From Elsinoe ampelina (taxonomy: Eukaryota), in contig ML992513.1 in NCBI GenBank assembly GCA_010093995.1, positions 493,203 to 557,202 of the forward strand: a stretch of 64,000 bases of DNA. Direction: 5' to 3'. The translations under genes were made by a program, and so were the position numbers. The notes under the pieces were generated by a model. It was not told the origin of the DNA and did no database searches. It worked only from the letters and a program-made list of their open reading frames with translations. Of this stretch, positions 1 to 11,439 are shown piece after piece; within the stretch, counting starts at the first letter, position 1, and every line of letters starts with the position of its first letter.

Positions 1-488
1 GGGTTAACAAGGGGGATGGGGAGGGGGGGGAGGGGAGCGTACGCATGGATGAGCCCGCCTTCGATGCCGGGGAGGGCCAGGTGGTGGGTGATGTTGCTGG
101 AGGTGTAGCTGCCTGGACCAGATTCGGAGATGATGTGTAGTGCGGAGAGGTGGCGGAGGATGCGTACTGGAATTGTGGTCAGACTTCAGTGGTTTAGGGT
201 CCGGATTGACCTACCTAGAGTTGCTTCAGGAGCTTTCGTCTGTTCGGCGAGCGCTGCAAGACTGAGAGGCTCTTTGGATGCGGATAGCGTTTTGTAAAGA
301 CCAAGGTCTGATCCCACCTTGGCAATAGCGAGGTCCAAATGCAAGCTATGGAGACGGTGAAAGGTGTCGTACGGCGTTTCAAGTTCTGTGATCAGCTTTC
401 TGGTCGCCTCCAGCGCCAACTTTCGTGCCTGCTCACCGCCAGTGGCGACGAGGGTCTTGATCTGTTCTACAGCAGTAGCAGTCTCCAT
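1..488 (-). CDS. Fungal SAM-dependent O-methyltransferase, 5' part (runs off the left edge)
   Basis: ATG at 488. Exon 1 has the winged-helix dimerisation region (LAIAKVGSDLGLYKTL..LAALAEQT). After an intron (~167-214) it reads VRILRHLSALHIISESGPGSYTSSNITHHL, typical of fungal OMT N-termini. Another GT donor lies near 42. Confidence 0.8.
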
Positions 489-1531
489 GATTGAGATTGA
501 TCGGTGTCTGAACCGAGACGGACGACAGTGATGTATATTTATGACAGCAGGGTCGTGGCTTCCGCTGAGGCTGACCCGCAGAATAGTGCTTACCTAAATT
601 GAAGCCATTGGCTAGACTGCGCATGACACAACATGTAAGAAATGAGATGGGACAGGAACGTCTCGTGGTTATGCCAGCATATGCATAAGGCTGAGCTCGC
701 ACAGGGCGTGCCTGAGGAGGTCGCAGCGAATGAAGATTCAAGGGTGGTGATTTAATGGCCCATGAAGTTGGGAGGCTGCCCAGTGAACCCTGTTTTGTCA
801 GCAGCCACAATCACACTCTTGACCTTGTCGTTACAGTAACCGATCTTCGTTGAGGCCCACGACCTGTCATTAGAGTTTTTGGAGCAAGTTAGTGGATCCA
901 TGTCATTGAATATACCTCGCGTGGCCACAAGCTTCAATGCAATAAAAGAAAGCTTCGACTATTGCTTTGACAGAGCGACAACCCGTCGGATGCTGACCTT
1001 GCACACCGGCCAGGCTATAGCAGCCATTCGTCCTTGAGACTGTCGGTGGGTAGAGTCTTGTTTCCGCTGCAAGACCCGGTCAGGCTCTGCTTTGACAAGC
1101 ACAACAGATGATCCGAGGTGCAGGATATGGCCAAAAGAAGGCACGAGCAGCAGTAGTGGCCGACCACACTGCGCAGAGTTCATCCAACACCACCGCACCT
1201 CCTACAGTCCGCCTCATGGCCAAGAAAACACACTCTTCAACGCCTTGACACCTCCACAGTATTGCCGATATATCCTCCTGGCATGTACTATGTAGCGAGG
1301 ATGACAACTTTCCGTCGAGAGCCCATGCAGTCGCTGCCATGAATACCCGCAATCCTTTGGCCTGGATGGGCAGGTGGCAAGTCTGGTAGACGGCTGCTTG
1401 GTAGCTGATGCTCCCAGTGGCTTCGGCTGAATGTGAAGTGTCGAACGAGAGGTAAGTGATGAGTATATATTACTCGCTAGGAATGGCTTGGAGACTGCCA
1501 ACTTGCTCAAACTTGCTCTGATGCGAACGAT

Positions 1532-2422
1532 ATGGTTCGCTTCAACCCAATCATCCTCGCAGCCCTGACGGGTATCGTCACCGCCTCACTCAAGTCACAT
1601 GGAGCTGCCACGGCAAACTCGTGGAGGCCAAAGAGACCGATTGGAAAGAGGCAGCCGAGAAGGCCGTCTTCACTGCTTCAAAGTTCCCATCCAAGATCAC
1701 GCAGTTCAGCCCTTGCATCAATGGCAAAGCTGGCCGCGGCGTGAACAGCACCTACTCATGTAACAACGTCAATCTGCACGGATTCATCAGCCACGATGAC
1801 CTTGGCATCTCTGCCAACTCTTTTGTCGCCATCAGGGGCAACGACGTCTGGGGTTAGACCTCACCAGATGGTCGCGAGTTCGGTCTCGTCGGCCAGATTG
1901 ACGGCAGCGCCTTCGTGAAGCTGAACACCTTGGCTGGCACTATGGGCTACCTCGGACGCCTCAACACCTAGCCAGTCAGCGCCTCGTGGAGAGATATCAA
2001 GGTCATCGGTAACTACGCCTATATCGGATCAGAGGCTGCCGGTCATGGTCTGCAGATCTTCGACCTTACCAAGTTGCTCGACATCAAGAAGTCGTGGAAC
2101 CCCTGGTGGAAGCCAGTCATCTTTGACAACACCAAGGAGCCAAAACCAGTACACTCGCGAGGGCCTCGCGTACCAGTCAAACTACGCCTCCGGCCACCGC
2201 ATTGTGGGTTTCAGTGGTGTTGCTATTGACCCTACTGGTGGCAACTTCCAAGAAATCGGCTTCTTCGATGTCTATCCCGAGGACGACAACACTCCTGGCG
2301 CCGTCGCTTTCCTCGGCACATGGAGTAACTACCCTTACTTCAAGTCAAGGTACATTCTTGTCAACTCCATCGAACGAGGAATCTTCTCTGTCAAGCACAC
2401 GGGCAGCAGGGCGACACTCTGA
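1532..2422 (+). pseudogene. Disrupted secreted choice-of-anchor B / LVIVD-repeat-like protein
   Basis: Signal peptide MVRFNPIILAALTGIVTA. Motifs GNDVWG*TSPDGREF, WRDIKVIGNYAYIGSEAAGHGLQIFDL, NQY..GLAYQSNYASG and FFDVYPEDD..GTWSNYPYFKS. Frameshift at ~1610, in-frame TAG at 1855-1857 and 1969-1971, and a frame change with apparent internal deletion at ~2135-2145. Confidence 0.8.
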
Positions 2423-2866
2423 GGTAATGACAAGGACGATTTGCATGAAGAGCATACGCAGTGACTGCCAGCAAAACAGCTGTTGCACAAATAGAATGTT
2501 GAAATTAATACTAATCCTTTGGTATCTTCAAAGCCTCCCTTCCCGCACGTTTCTCGTGGACCGACAGCCACATTTGCATCTACAGCCACAACTTTCCTAA
2601 AGATCCATATACATTTTGATCCCTCCAAACGACCCAATTTATAGAGATAGCAGAGAAGCGCTTCCAATTTTGTATGGTCTGGTGACTATGTTTGGTTGGA
2701 CCCAAAACGCCACTCCAGCCACCTGAAACCAAATGCTCACGGGGAGTTCATGCAGGAGTGCGGCTGAACCAACATGAATCTCCTGAAGCTATTTTGTGCG
2801 ACCTGCTGATTTTTCTGTGATCAAGAACAATGCGAATGAGTTTGTAAGAATACCTCAAAAATCAAA

Positions 2867-4987
2867 ATGTCGTTGAGACCAGATGACCGCTCGTCCCGTC
2901 GGCGGGAAAGGTCCAGGTCACGCTCTCACGACGACAGGGATCGTTCAAGAAGCAATGTACGAGAATCGAAGCGCAAGTCGAGCCCACCAAAGGAAGACAG
3001 ATACCGAACAGAAAATATGACCGTCAAGGATGCACCCAATGGGTATCAGCAATACTCGGCAGCTCCATCGTCCATCTCCATGCCAGCAATGCCGGGCGGC
3101 TTCGACGACAATTTGGCCATGCCATATCCAAGAGACTCGATGCTTCCGGGAGGATATCCTGGTGACTCTGTGCCTTACCCATCATCTTCGATGCCTCCAG
3201 GTGGCGGAGTCCCATATCCGACGTCAAGCTTGTTCCCCGATCCTGACCAGTTCGACATTACTGGAGCAAGTGACCGTGGCAGGCTGGAAGACTCTCTAGC
3301 TTTTGGTCACAATCCATACAGCTCTGATCGCGATTTGGCCCCGAGGAATCATGATGGCTACTACCCATCCGACCTCAGGAGGCAGGACTCATCCCACGAC
3401 CGTCACACTTCACCACCAGCACAAGCACCGTCTCCCAATGCTTTCTATGGAGCATCAAATGCGACACAGTCTCCTTACCCACCAGAGCCACATCGCACGT
3501 CATCATACGATAAGACGCGCGACCGTAGTAGTACTCTTGATGCGTACTATCCATCTGCTCCATCGTCTCAACTCACGCCCTCTGGTCAGCAAGCGCAGGT
3601 GGTCAACTTTACCCCCGGTGGTGGTCGACAACGGGCATCTTCCAACCTTGCACCACACATGGATCGTCTAAGCATCGGTGGTGGCGGCATCAACTCGACT
3701 GGCGGTCTCCCACCACCCAGTCCTCTCCTCGAAGCCTACCGCGGTACCTACCAATCCATCTCCCCCATGGTCGCCCCCATGATGGCAGACTCTTCTGACT
3801 CCGACCTCTCCGACCTCGAGCTCTCTCACCCCAGCACAAAGGACATGAAACCCTCCTCCAAATCATCCAAATCCAAATCCACCTCCAAGTCCAAATCCTC
3901 CTCCTCCTCCAAAGACAAACCCCCCTCCTCGCACGCCCCCAAAAAGTCCGTAACCCTCTACACCCCCACCACTGACGCCCTCGCCATCCAAAAAGCCCTC
4001 TCCCACTCTCACACCTCCAACCTCGACCTCCCGCGCCTAACCTCGATCCTCCCCGTGCTAACCCACGACCAAATCCTCTCCCTCCGCAAAGAATACAAAC
4101 TCACCGCCAAAATCGCGGGAAAAGGCATCAACCTCCCCAAACACCTCAAGCTCAAACTCACGGGCAACTACGGCAAAGCAGCCTACGTCACCGCCCTGGG
4201 CCGCTGGGAGTCCGAGGGTTACTGGGCGAGTTTTTTCTACCAATCTGCCGCTTCGCGCAGGGAGCTGGTCATCGAGGCGTTGATGGGGCGCACGAATGCC
4301 GAGGTGAGGGCTATCAGGGAGGGGTTTAGGGATAAGCGCTACGGGGATGATTTGAGGAAGATGGTGGAGAGGGAGTTGAGAAGGGATAAGTTTGGGACGG
4401 CGGTCGGGTGGGTGCTTGAGGAGAAGAGGCAGGAGGAGACGGATGTGTGGGGGAGCGAGGCGGTGAGGAGGGATGTTGGGGTGTTGATGCAGGTGATGAG
4501 GGCGAGGGAGGGCGGGGAGAGTATTTTGCTCGAGGTGGTGGTGAGGAGGAGTGATGCGCATTTGAGAGAGGTGTTGAGGTTGTATGAGGCGAGTACCGGG
4601 GGGAATTTCGCGAGGGAGGCGTTGAGGAGGAGTGGGAATTTGGTGGTGAGTTCTCATGTTACATGGTCATGCGGGAAGGGAAGCTAATAAGTGCAGGGTG
4701 AGGTGCTGGCGCATATCTTGAATGGGGCGATTAATCGTCCGGCGAGAGATGCGTTGCTGTTGAGGCATGCGATTCAGGATATTGCGGACCATAACAAGGA
4801 TGAGGAGTTGAGATATGAATTGCTCATCTCAAGACTGGTGAGGTTTCACTGGGATAAGGCACACTTGGAGAGGATAAAGAGGGAGTACTTTTCAAAGACA
4901 GGCAGGACGCTCGAGGCAGATATCTCTGCAGCGACAAAGGGAGATTTGAGAGATTTCTTGAAGGAGCTATGTGATCCTAGGTCTTGA
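2867..4987 (+). CDS. Fungal annexin C4-like protein (long disordered N-terminus, C-terminal annexin repeats); intron 4646-4696
   Basis: DALAIQKAL..LTSILPVLTHDQILSLRKEY, RRELVIEALMGRTNAEVRAI, GEVLAHILNGAINRPARDALLLRHAI, ATKGDLRDFLKELC. The GTGAGT..CTAAT..CAG intron joins the two ORFs in frame. Confidence 0.85.
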
Positions 4988-6399
4988 TTGAATTGGGGAT
5001 CGGGCGAGTCGAATTCTAGCCGGTCAGGATGGGTGGAAGCATTGCTTTGCTGGATGTTCATGACGATCGAATAGGAATATCGGCCTAGGTAGTGACAGAC
5101 ACGTGTGATTTATTCGTCCAGGAAGAGGCCCTCGATTTCGTGGTCCAGTGCCGCGTCCTTAGTCTCATTCTGGGTTTGCGCTTGAGCCTGCGTGGACTCC
5201 CTCACAGTCTCGCTGGGAGGATCGCTCTCTCGCTCGCTGCTTTCATGTACTGCGGTGCTCTGACCCCGTGTAGCCGCCATAGAATCGACACAGCCGCTCC
5301 GCCCAAGTGAGACGTCTTTCATCGCTTGCCTGACCAAGATCTCCTGTTCCAAGTGAGAGCGTCGCTCTACTTTCATTCTGATTCTCACTTTGTACCGATT
5401 AGGCGGGGAAGTGTCCTCTACCATATACTCCTGTCGCACATACCGCTTGAAGGCGCCAAAGTCTCTCCGCAAGCTTCTCCAGAAATGGTCCTACCAGAAA
5501 ACACCAACCAGTCGAGCAAATATCGCGGCGACGTCATGCGCATGAACACCTGGGTGTGCATGTGTAGGATGCTGATGTACATGTGCATGGTGCTGGTGGT
5601 GCTGGTGGTGCTGGTGTGGATGCATGAGGTCACGCAATACCTGTAGGGCGTCGGTGACGGTTGGAGTAGTGAGGGTGGCAGCCTGGCGATGAAGAGCTTG
5701 ACGGTGCCTGAGTTGCCTATTGGGAATAGCTCGGCGACAATGAAGGCGGTGATGAAGATCAGGCTATTTGCCTACTGTATGACGTGTGCCTCTCAACGCC
5801 TTTGGACAATGCCCACCCAAATCTGTAGCACTGTTGTCCCCAGTCCGAAGCTCCAATTTCGGCGGAGAAGCAATGCCTTGACACTTGCAATGCGAGTGGA
5901 TGCCACGACAGTACCGATATTGCTATCAGCCAGAACACATAGATGGCAATGCCCAGAGTATGGTCCAGTAGCAATGAAGTCGATGCCTTGTATCTACAAT
6001 GGAAGAAGGCGATCTAGACTTGCCCTGGTCAACTGAGATACTTGCCTAAGCAGCACTTGCCTTTTGTCATCAATGCCAGCGAGATCATCACATCAACGTT
6101 CATTCAGCGTGGATCGTGCAATTGTGTCAATACAGATGAAGGAAAGAGAAGAAAGGATGTTGAAGTCCAGGGCATGCTCCATATGAACCTTGAGATCGGC
6201 AATCAATCTCCGACCAGATTTTGTCACATGTCAGAGGATCTGGGCGATCAAGGCGCGAGGTCGGAAAGGGAAATGTTGAACGTCATGCCATTTCTGAAGC
6301 TCAGCCCTCGTCGACATTTGCCTTGAGTATTCGCCTTATCTTTTTTGGTTCTGTATTGCCATTTCGCCATGCTTCCTACTCGGTAGCATCTCTGTAAAC

Positions 6400-8522
6400 A
6401 TGTCGGAGAAGAAGACTGCCATTGTCATCGGTATGTCTCCCCTTGCTTCCATTCGTACAGCTTGCCGCTGTTTCCCGAGCTCTATAGTTCACCCTCGCAG
6501 CACTCCTAGCCAGATGTTAACATAGCACAGGCGCAGGCGTTGGGGGAGTATCTACGGCTGCCCGACTAGCCAAAGCAGGCTTCAACGTCACTGTCGTTGA
6601 GAAGAACGACTTCAGTGGAGGACGCTGCTCGCTGATCCACCACGAAGGATGGGTATGCAGGACTGCAGGCGAGCGAATCGACATGGACTGACATGTCTAC
6701 AGCGCTTCGATCAAGGGCCTTCTCTCCTCCTACTACCTGACCTCTTCCGCGAGACTTTCCGCGACCTCGACACCACCCTCGAAGCCGAAGATGTCATTCT
6801 CAAGAAATGCGACCCGAACTATAACATCTGGTTCGGCGATGGCGAGTCATTCAAGCTCTCTACAGATCTGGCGACCATGAAGACTGAGATCGAAAGGTGG
6901 GAGGGTAAGGATGGGTTCAAGAGATACATGGACTTCTTAAAGGAAGCACACGATCATTACGAGCTCAGCGTATCGCATGTGCTGATGCGGAACTTTACGG
7001 ATATCCTTTCGATGTTACGGACGAGCTTCTTGAGACACCTACCGGCACTGCACGCTTTTGAGAGTATATATGGACGATCGGCAAAGTACTTCTTCACCGA
7101 GAGGCTACGGAGGGTCTTTACATTCGGCAGCATGTATATGGGCATGAGCCCGTTCGATGCGCCGGGCACATACAGTCTTCTACAATATACTGAGCTCGCC
7201 GAAGGTATCTGGTATCCTGTCGGCGGCTTCAACAAGGTCGGTTCAATTATGCTCCGAGCATTCTGGTAGATCTGACATCCTGCTAGGTAATCCAAGCTCT
7301 CGTGGCCATCGGCCAGCGATTAGGCGTCAATTACCGCTTCTCGACACCAGTATCCAAGATTCTGCTGTCTTCTGATGGCGCTCGAGCTACTGGTGTCCTC
7401 CTCACGTCAGGCGAGACTTTGACTGCAGATGTTGTGATCAACAACTCTGACTTGGTGTACGCCTACCAGAAACTGCTCCCAGACACGCCGTACGCACACT
7501 CTCTAGCGCAACGTCCGACGTCATGCAGCAGCATCTCATTCTACTGGGCGCTGAACCGCAAGGTTCCCGAACTATCAGCACACAACATCTTCCTTGCCGA
7601 TGAGTACCGCGAGTCCTTCGACAACATCTTCAAAAAGCATCTCATTCCGAACGAGCCTAGCTTCTACGTCAACGTACCATCACGGGTAGATCCGACTGCT
7701 GCGCCCGAGGGTAAGGACTCACTCGTCATCCTCGTTCCGGTCGGTCATCTCCTGGAGCCATCAGAAACCAGTGTTCCCCAGACCAATGGCCTGACCAACG
7801 GCGTGAATGGTCACTCCGACCCAACAAAACTCACAAACTCCAAGGACGCATCTGGCTTACCTCCAACTACAACACAAGACTTCCCGAAGATGCTGTCCTC
7901 AGCACGCGGCACCATCATTCGCACGATCTCCTCCCGCATTGGCGTCGATATTGGTCCACTAATCTCTCACGAAATCACAAACGATCCCTTTACCTGGCGC
8001 GAGAAATTCAACCTCGATCGCGGCGCCATTCTCGGTCTCTCACATTCTTTCTTCAATGTCCTCTCCTTCCGTCCTGCCACACGAGCTCGCAAAGGCGGAG
8101 CATTGGATGGCAAGTTCGAATTCCTCGCACCGACCCTGAAGAGCGTCTTCGGCAACGAGCTCGGCAAGAACGTCACATCCGGTATTCAGCGTGTTGGCGA
8201 ACTCATCGCTCCTGGAGACAACATCCAAGACCTCTACTTTGTCGGCGCAAGTACACACCCCGGCACCGGCGTCCCCATTTGTCTTGCAGGCGGCAAGCTG
8301 GTCGCAGAACAAGTGTTGGAGGACCGAGGACTGCATATACCATGGAAGAGGGCTTTAGTGGAGAGCAGAGATCGGATGGAAGGACGAATGCGCAAGACGG
8401 GACGAAAGATAGATGAGAAGCTCGGCAAATGGCCGGTAGGATGGGGGCAAGCCTTGTTCCTCACGTTGGTTGTGTTCATCGGCTGGCTGTTTGGAGTACT
8501 GAGTCTTGTCATCGATACCTAG
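6400..8522 (+). CDS. carB: Phytoene desaturase (CrtI/al-1/carB family); introns 6431-6530, 6653-6702, 7237-7286
   Basis: Spliced N-terminus MSEKKTAIVIGAGVGGVSTAARLAKAGFNVTVVEKNDFSGGRCS (FAD binding), RFDQGPSLL, MYMGMSPFDAPGTYSLLQYTE, C-terminal YFVGASTHPGTGVP signature and a hydrophobic tail. Confidence 0.95.
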
Positions 8523-8614
8523 TCTATAGACTTTGCATGTTTGCATTCATGAGATTCATAAATCATCACTCATCACCACCCTATCTTCCATCCTCATCTC
8601 CCCACGTCAAGTTC

Positions 8615-10174
8615 TCAGAGCCCACAACAGGCCCAACCCCTCCTCTTCCTCCTGCTACCCCATCCATCCCCGCCTCCCAGCACTGCAGTCCGTCCCACCA
8701 ACCTCCCCTCCCCTCCATCCTCACCCCCGACCCCACTCGCTAAACTCCCCCAACTTCCCCCTCTCCTTCCCCAGCTCCCCCAGCTCCCGCCCCTCTCCCC
8801 TCCCTTCCCTCCCCTCCCCCTCGACCCCCCACTAACCCGCCGCCACCACCTCCCTCCCCTCCCCCCTCCATCTTCCTCCTCACTCTCATCATCATCAAAC
8901 ACACTAACCTTCACCTCCTCAAACAAATCCGCCCTCAACAACGGCCTCGATATCCTCTTTTTACTCGAGATATAGCTCGCGCCCACGCTCCCCATCGGCG
9001 TCATACTAGTCGGGGACGTCAGCGGCGCCAACTCGAGAAGGGGATGCGAGGCGGAGACGGATCCCGAGGCGGGCGCGGTGTCCGTGTCCCCTGACCATCG
9101 TATGCCGTGCTTGCTGTAGGATCCGACGGAGGAGGAGAAGGAGGAGGAGGTGGTGAAGTCCCTTTTGTGCTTGGGTTTGCTTGAGGTGGCGGAGGAGAGG
9201 GATGGGCGGATGGTTGCTGTGGAGGTTGTTGAGGGGGTGATTGGTGGGGAGACGAGGGTGGTGCTGCGGATGCGGGCGGCGTGGGGACGGCGGGGGAGGG
9301 AGGAGGTGGGTGCGAGCGGGGGTGGGGAGAGGATCATGGCTGAGGGGGCGTAGAGGATGGAGGATGAGGAGGAGGTGGAGCGGGTGTGAGTTGTGGAGGA
9401 CGAGAGGCGGAAGGGGAGGGTAAGGCCGGGGATGGGTTGAGGCGGGGTGGTGATGGTCGGGAAGAGGGAGTAGGTTGGTGTTGGCGCGGGAGGGGGCGGG
9501 AGGGGGGATGTCGGTAGGGAGGGTAGGTTGGAGGTTGGATGGGATGGGCGGGGTGGTGAGGACTCGAAGGAGAGGTGGGCTGGTGGAGGTGATTCTTGGT
9601 CGAGAAGGGCGATGGCGGGTTCGTCTTCGTCGAGAGCAAAGTTGAACCCGGCGATGGCGTTGCCGGGAAAGTCTGATGGATTGACTGTGGCTGTGGCCGT
9701 CAAGCCTGTCCCGGTACCAGCTAGGGGGAGACCTGGCTTGATCTCGTGCTCCGCAACGCTGGGCTTCTGATTCGACATTATTTCCCGATTGTGTAGATGC
9801 TGACTGTCGTCGATATCCTGCCATGTTTCATTGAACTCGCCAAAATCAAACGCGGCAGGGCGTTGTGGGACTTGCTCAGTGGGTATTGTGGCGGCACTAG
9901 CATTGCTGGTCCCCGAATACAGGTAGTAATTGATGATATCCGACTTGAGTGTGCTGCATCTGGTTTCCACAGAGGGCTGACGCAAGAGACTCGTACTGTA
10001 TACACTTGACGATCCATCGTTGCTGACAAGGCGAACGCTACCTTTTCGAAGTGGACCAGGTGCTTGCCGCAATGGCTGAAGTGGAGCTGGCCGAGGCTTC
10101 CTGCTACTTCCTGGTATTCGCAAAGTCTCGGTGCGAGGCTCGTGCTTGGTTGGCGTCATCTTGATACTGCTCAT
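8615..10174 (-). CDS. Hypothetical Pro/Ser-rich low-complexity protein
   Basis: Uninterrupted ORF of over 500 codons; likely start MSSIKMTP at 10174. No recognisable domain. Confidence 0.6.
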   Translation of the reverse strand: MSSIKMTPTKHEPRTETLRIPGSSRKPRPAPLQPLRQAPGPLRKGSVRLVSNDGSSSVYSTSLLRQPSVETRCSTLKSDIINYYLYSGTSNASAATIPTEQVPQRPAAFDFGEFNETWQDIDDSQHLHNREIMSNQKPSVAEHEIKPGLPLAGTGTGLTATATVNPSDFPGNAIAGFNFALDEDEPAIALLDQESPPPAHLSFESSPPRPSHPTSNLPSLPTSPLPPPPAPTPTYSLFPTITTPPQPIPGLTLPFRLSSSTTHTRSTSSSSSILYAPSAMILSPPPLAPTSSLPRRPHAARIRSTTLVSPPITPSTTSTATIRPSLSSATSSKPKHKRDFTTSSSFSSSVGSYSKHGIRWSGDTDTAPASGSVSASHPLLELAPLTSPTSMTPMGSVGASYISSKKRISRPLLRADLFEEVKVSVFDDDESEEEDGGGRGGRWWRRVSGGSRGRGGKGGERGGSWGSWGRRGGSWGSLASGVGGEDGGEGRLVGRTAVLGGGDGWGSRRKRRGWACCGL

Positions 10175-10934
10175 GTTGACCAATGCTGGCTCAATCTCCC
10201 GACCCCGGTAATAGGAAAAGAAGATTGCTCGCACGGATGGTGGCGGACATGCTTTCAAATTGTATGACCGTCCGTCCCAGCCGTATGGAGCAAGGAATGA
10301 GGATGTCAGGGACTGTCAACATCCCCGGACTTCTGTCAAAGGACAACCGAATAGCTGGCAATTGGGATCGAGGAATCGAGAAGCACGGGTGAAGCAAGGG
10401 ATTGCGAACAGGGCAAAAAGGAATGCAGAACGCGGACGCGGACTTGAGAATCGGATCAGCTGCAACCACTTACGCAGCACCCACTTCTTGTCCCCTTTTG
10501 GATTTTCAGAACAGCTCCCCGCGCCCTTGCCATACTTCCAAGGCCTTGCCTGGTAACGTGTTGGCCGAATTCAAGGAGTAGGAAAGTTCTGTCGCCTCTA
10601 GGGTGCTCGGTTGCAAGCCACATGTTCGACTGCGCATTTGTACGTTGCGCGATAAACCGTACTTAGAGGGACCGCCATCAAAATTGCACAAGGAAGCAAA
10701 TGTCGATGCTGCGAAGGTGAAGTGAAGTGGTGGAGGCAGATGGAAAGACGCGCCTTCGGGAGTCTCCGACTTCAGCCAATCATAAGTGAGCATTTGACAG
10801 CATGCCGGACCCACTCGGCATTCGGCGTTGCGAGTCGAGAAGCTACCATTTCTACTTCTCATTCGTTCTACTCTTCAATCTTCACAGCAAACACTCGATA
10901 GACTCACATCTCACGACCTAACATCTCCATCAAC

Positions 10935-11439
10935 ATGCCTCGTCAACGCGGTGGATCAGCTGCGCCTAGGCGCCCAACTGCTGCCCCAGCAGCTCCTCCT
11001 CGACCAGCGCCACAGCAAACCCGTCCTTCTTCGACTGCAGCGCATCCTCCGGCTCAGCAGCAGGCGCCGCCTCAGCAATCTCAAGGCTCGGGTCTGTTTG
11101 GCCAGATGGCCAGCACTGCGGCGTAAGTAGATGTCACCCTCTTCTCCGAGTCTCATGAGTGCTGACCCGATCAGTGGTGTCGCGGTCGGATCATCTATCG
11201 GCCACGCCATCGGCGGCTTCTTCGGTGGCGGATCATCGGCCCCTCCAGCTGAGGTCCAGAGCCAGGCTGCCGACAACACCTACAACTCCTCCAACGCACA
11301 GTTCCAAACACAAGGCCCTTGCGCGACGGATGTTGGCAACTTCCGCCGATGCATGGACGAGAACCAGGGCAGCCTGACCATCTGCGGATGGTATCTGGAT
11401 CAGCTCAAGGCATGCCAGCAGGCTGCCAGCCAGTACTAG
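10935..11439 (+). CDS. MIX17: Mitochondrial intermembrane-space CHCH protein (Mix17/CHCHD2-10 family); intron 11123-11174
   Basis: MPRQRGG.. N-terminus, GLFGQMASTAAGVAVGSSIGHAIGG across the splice junction, and a twin CX9C motif (CATDVGNFRRC..CGWYLDQLKAC). Confidence 0.93.

Noticed and set aside
1..2422. Secondary-metabolite cluster around the O-methyltransferase
   Set aside because: No PKS, NRPS, transporter or regulator is in the window; any cluster would lie beyond the left edge and cannot be assessed.
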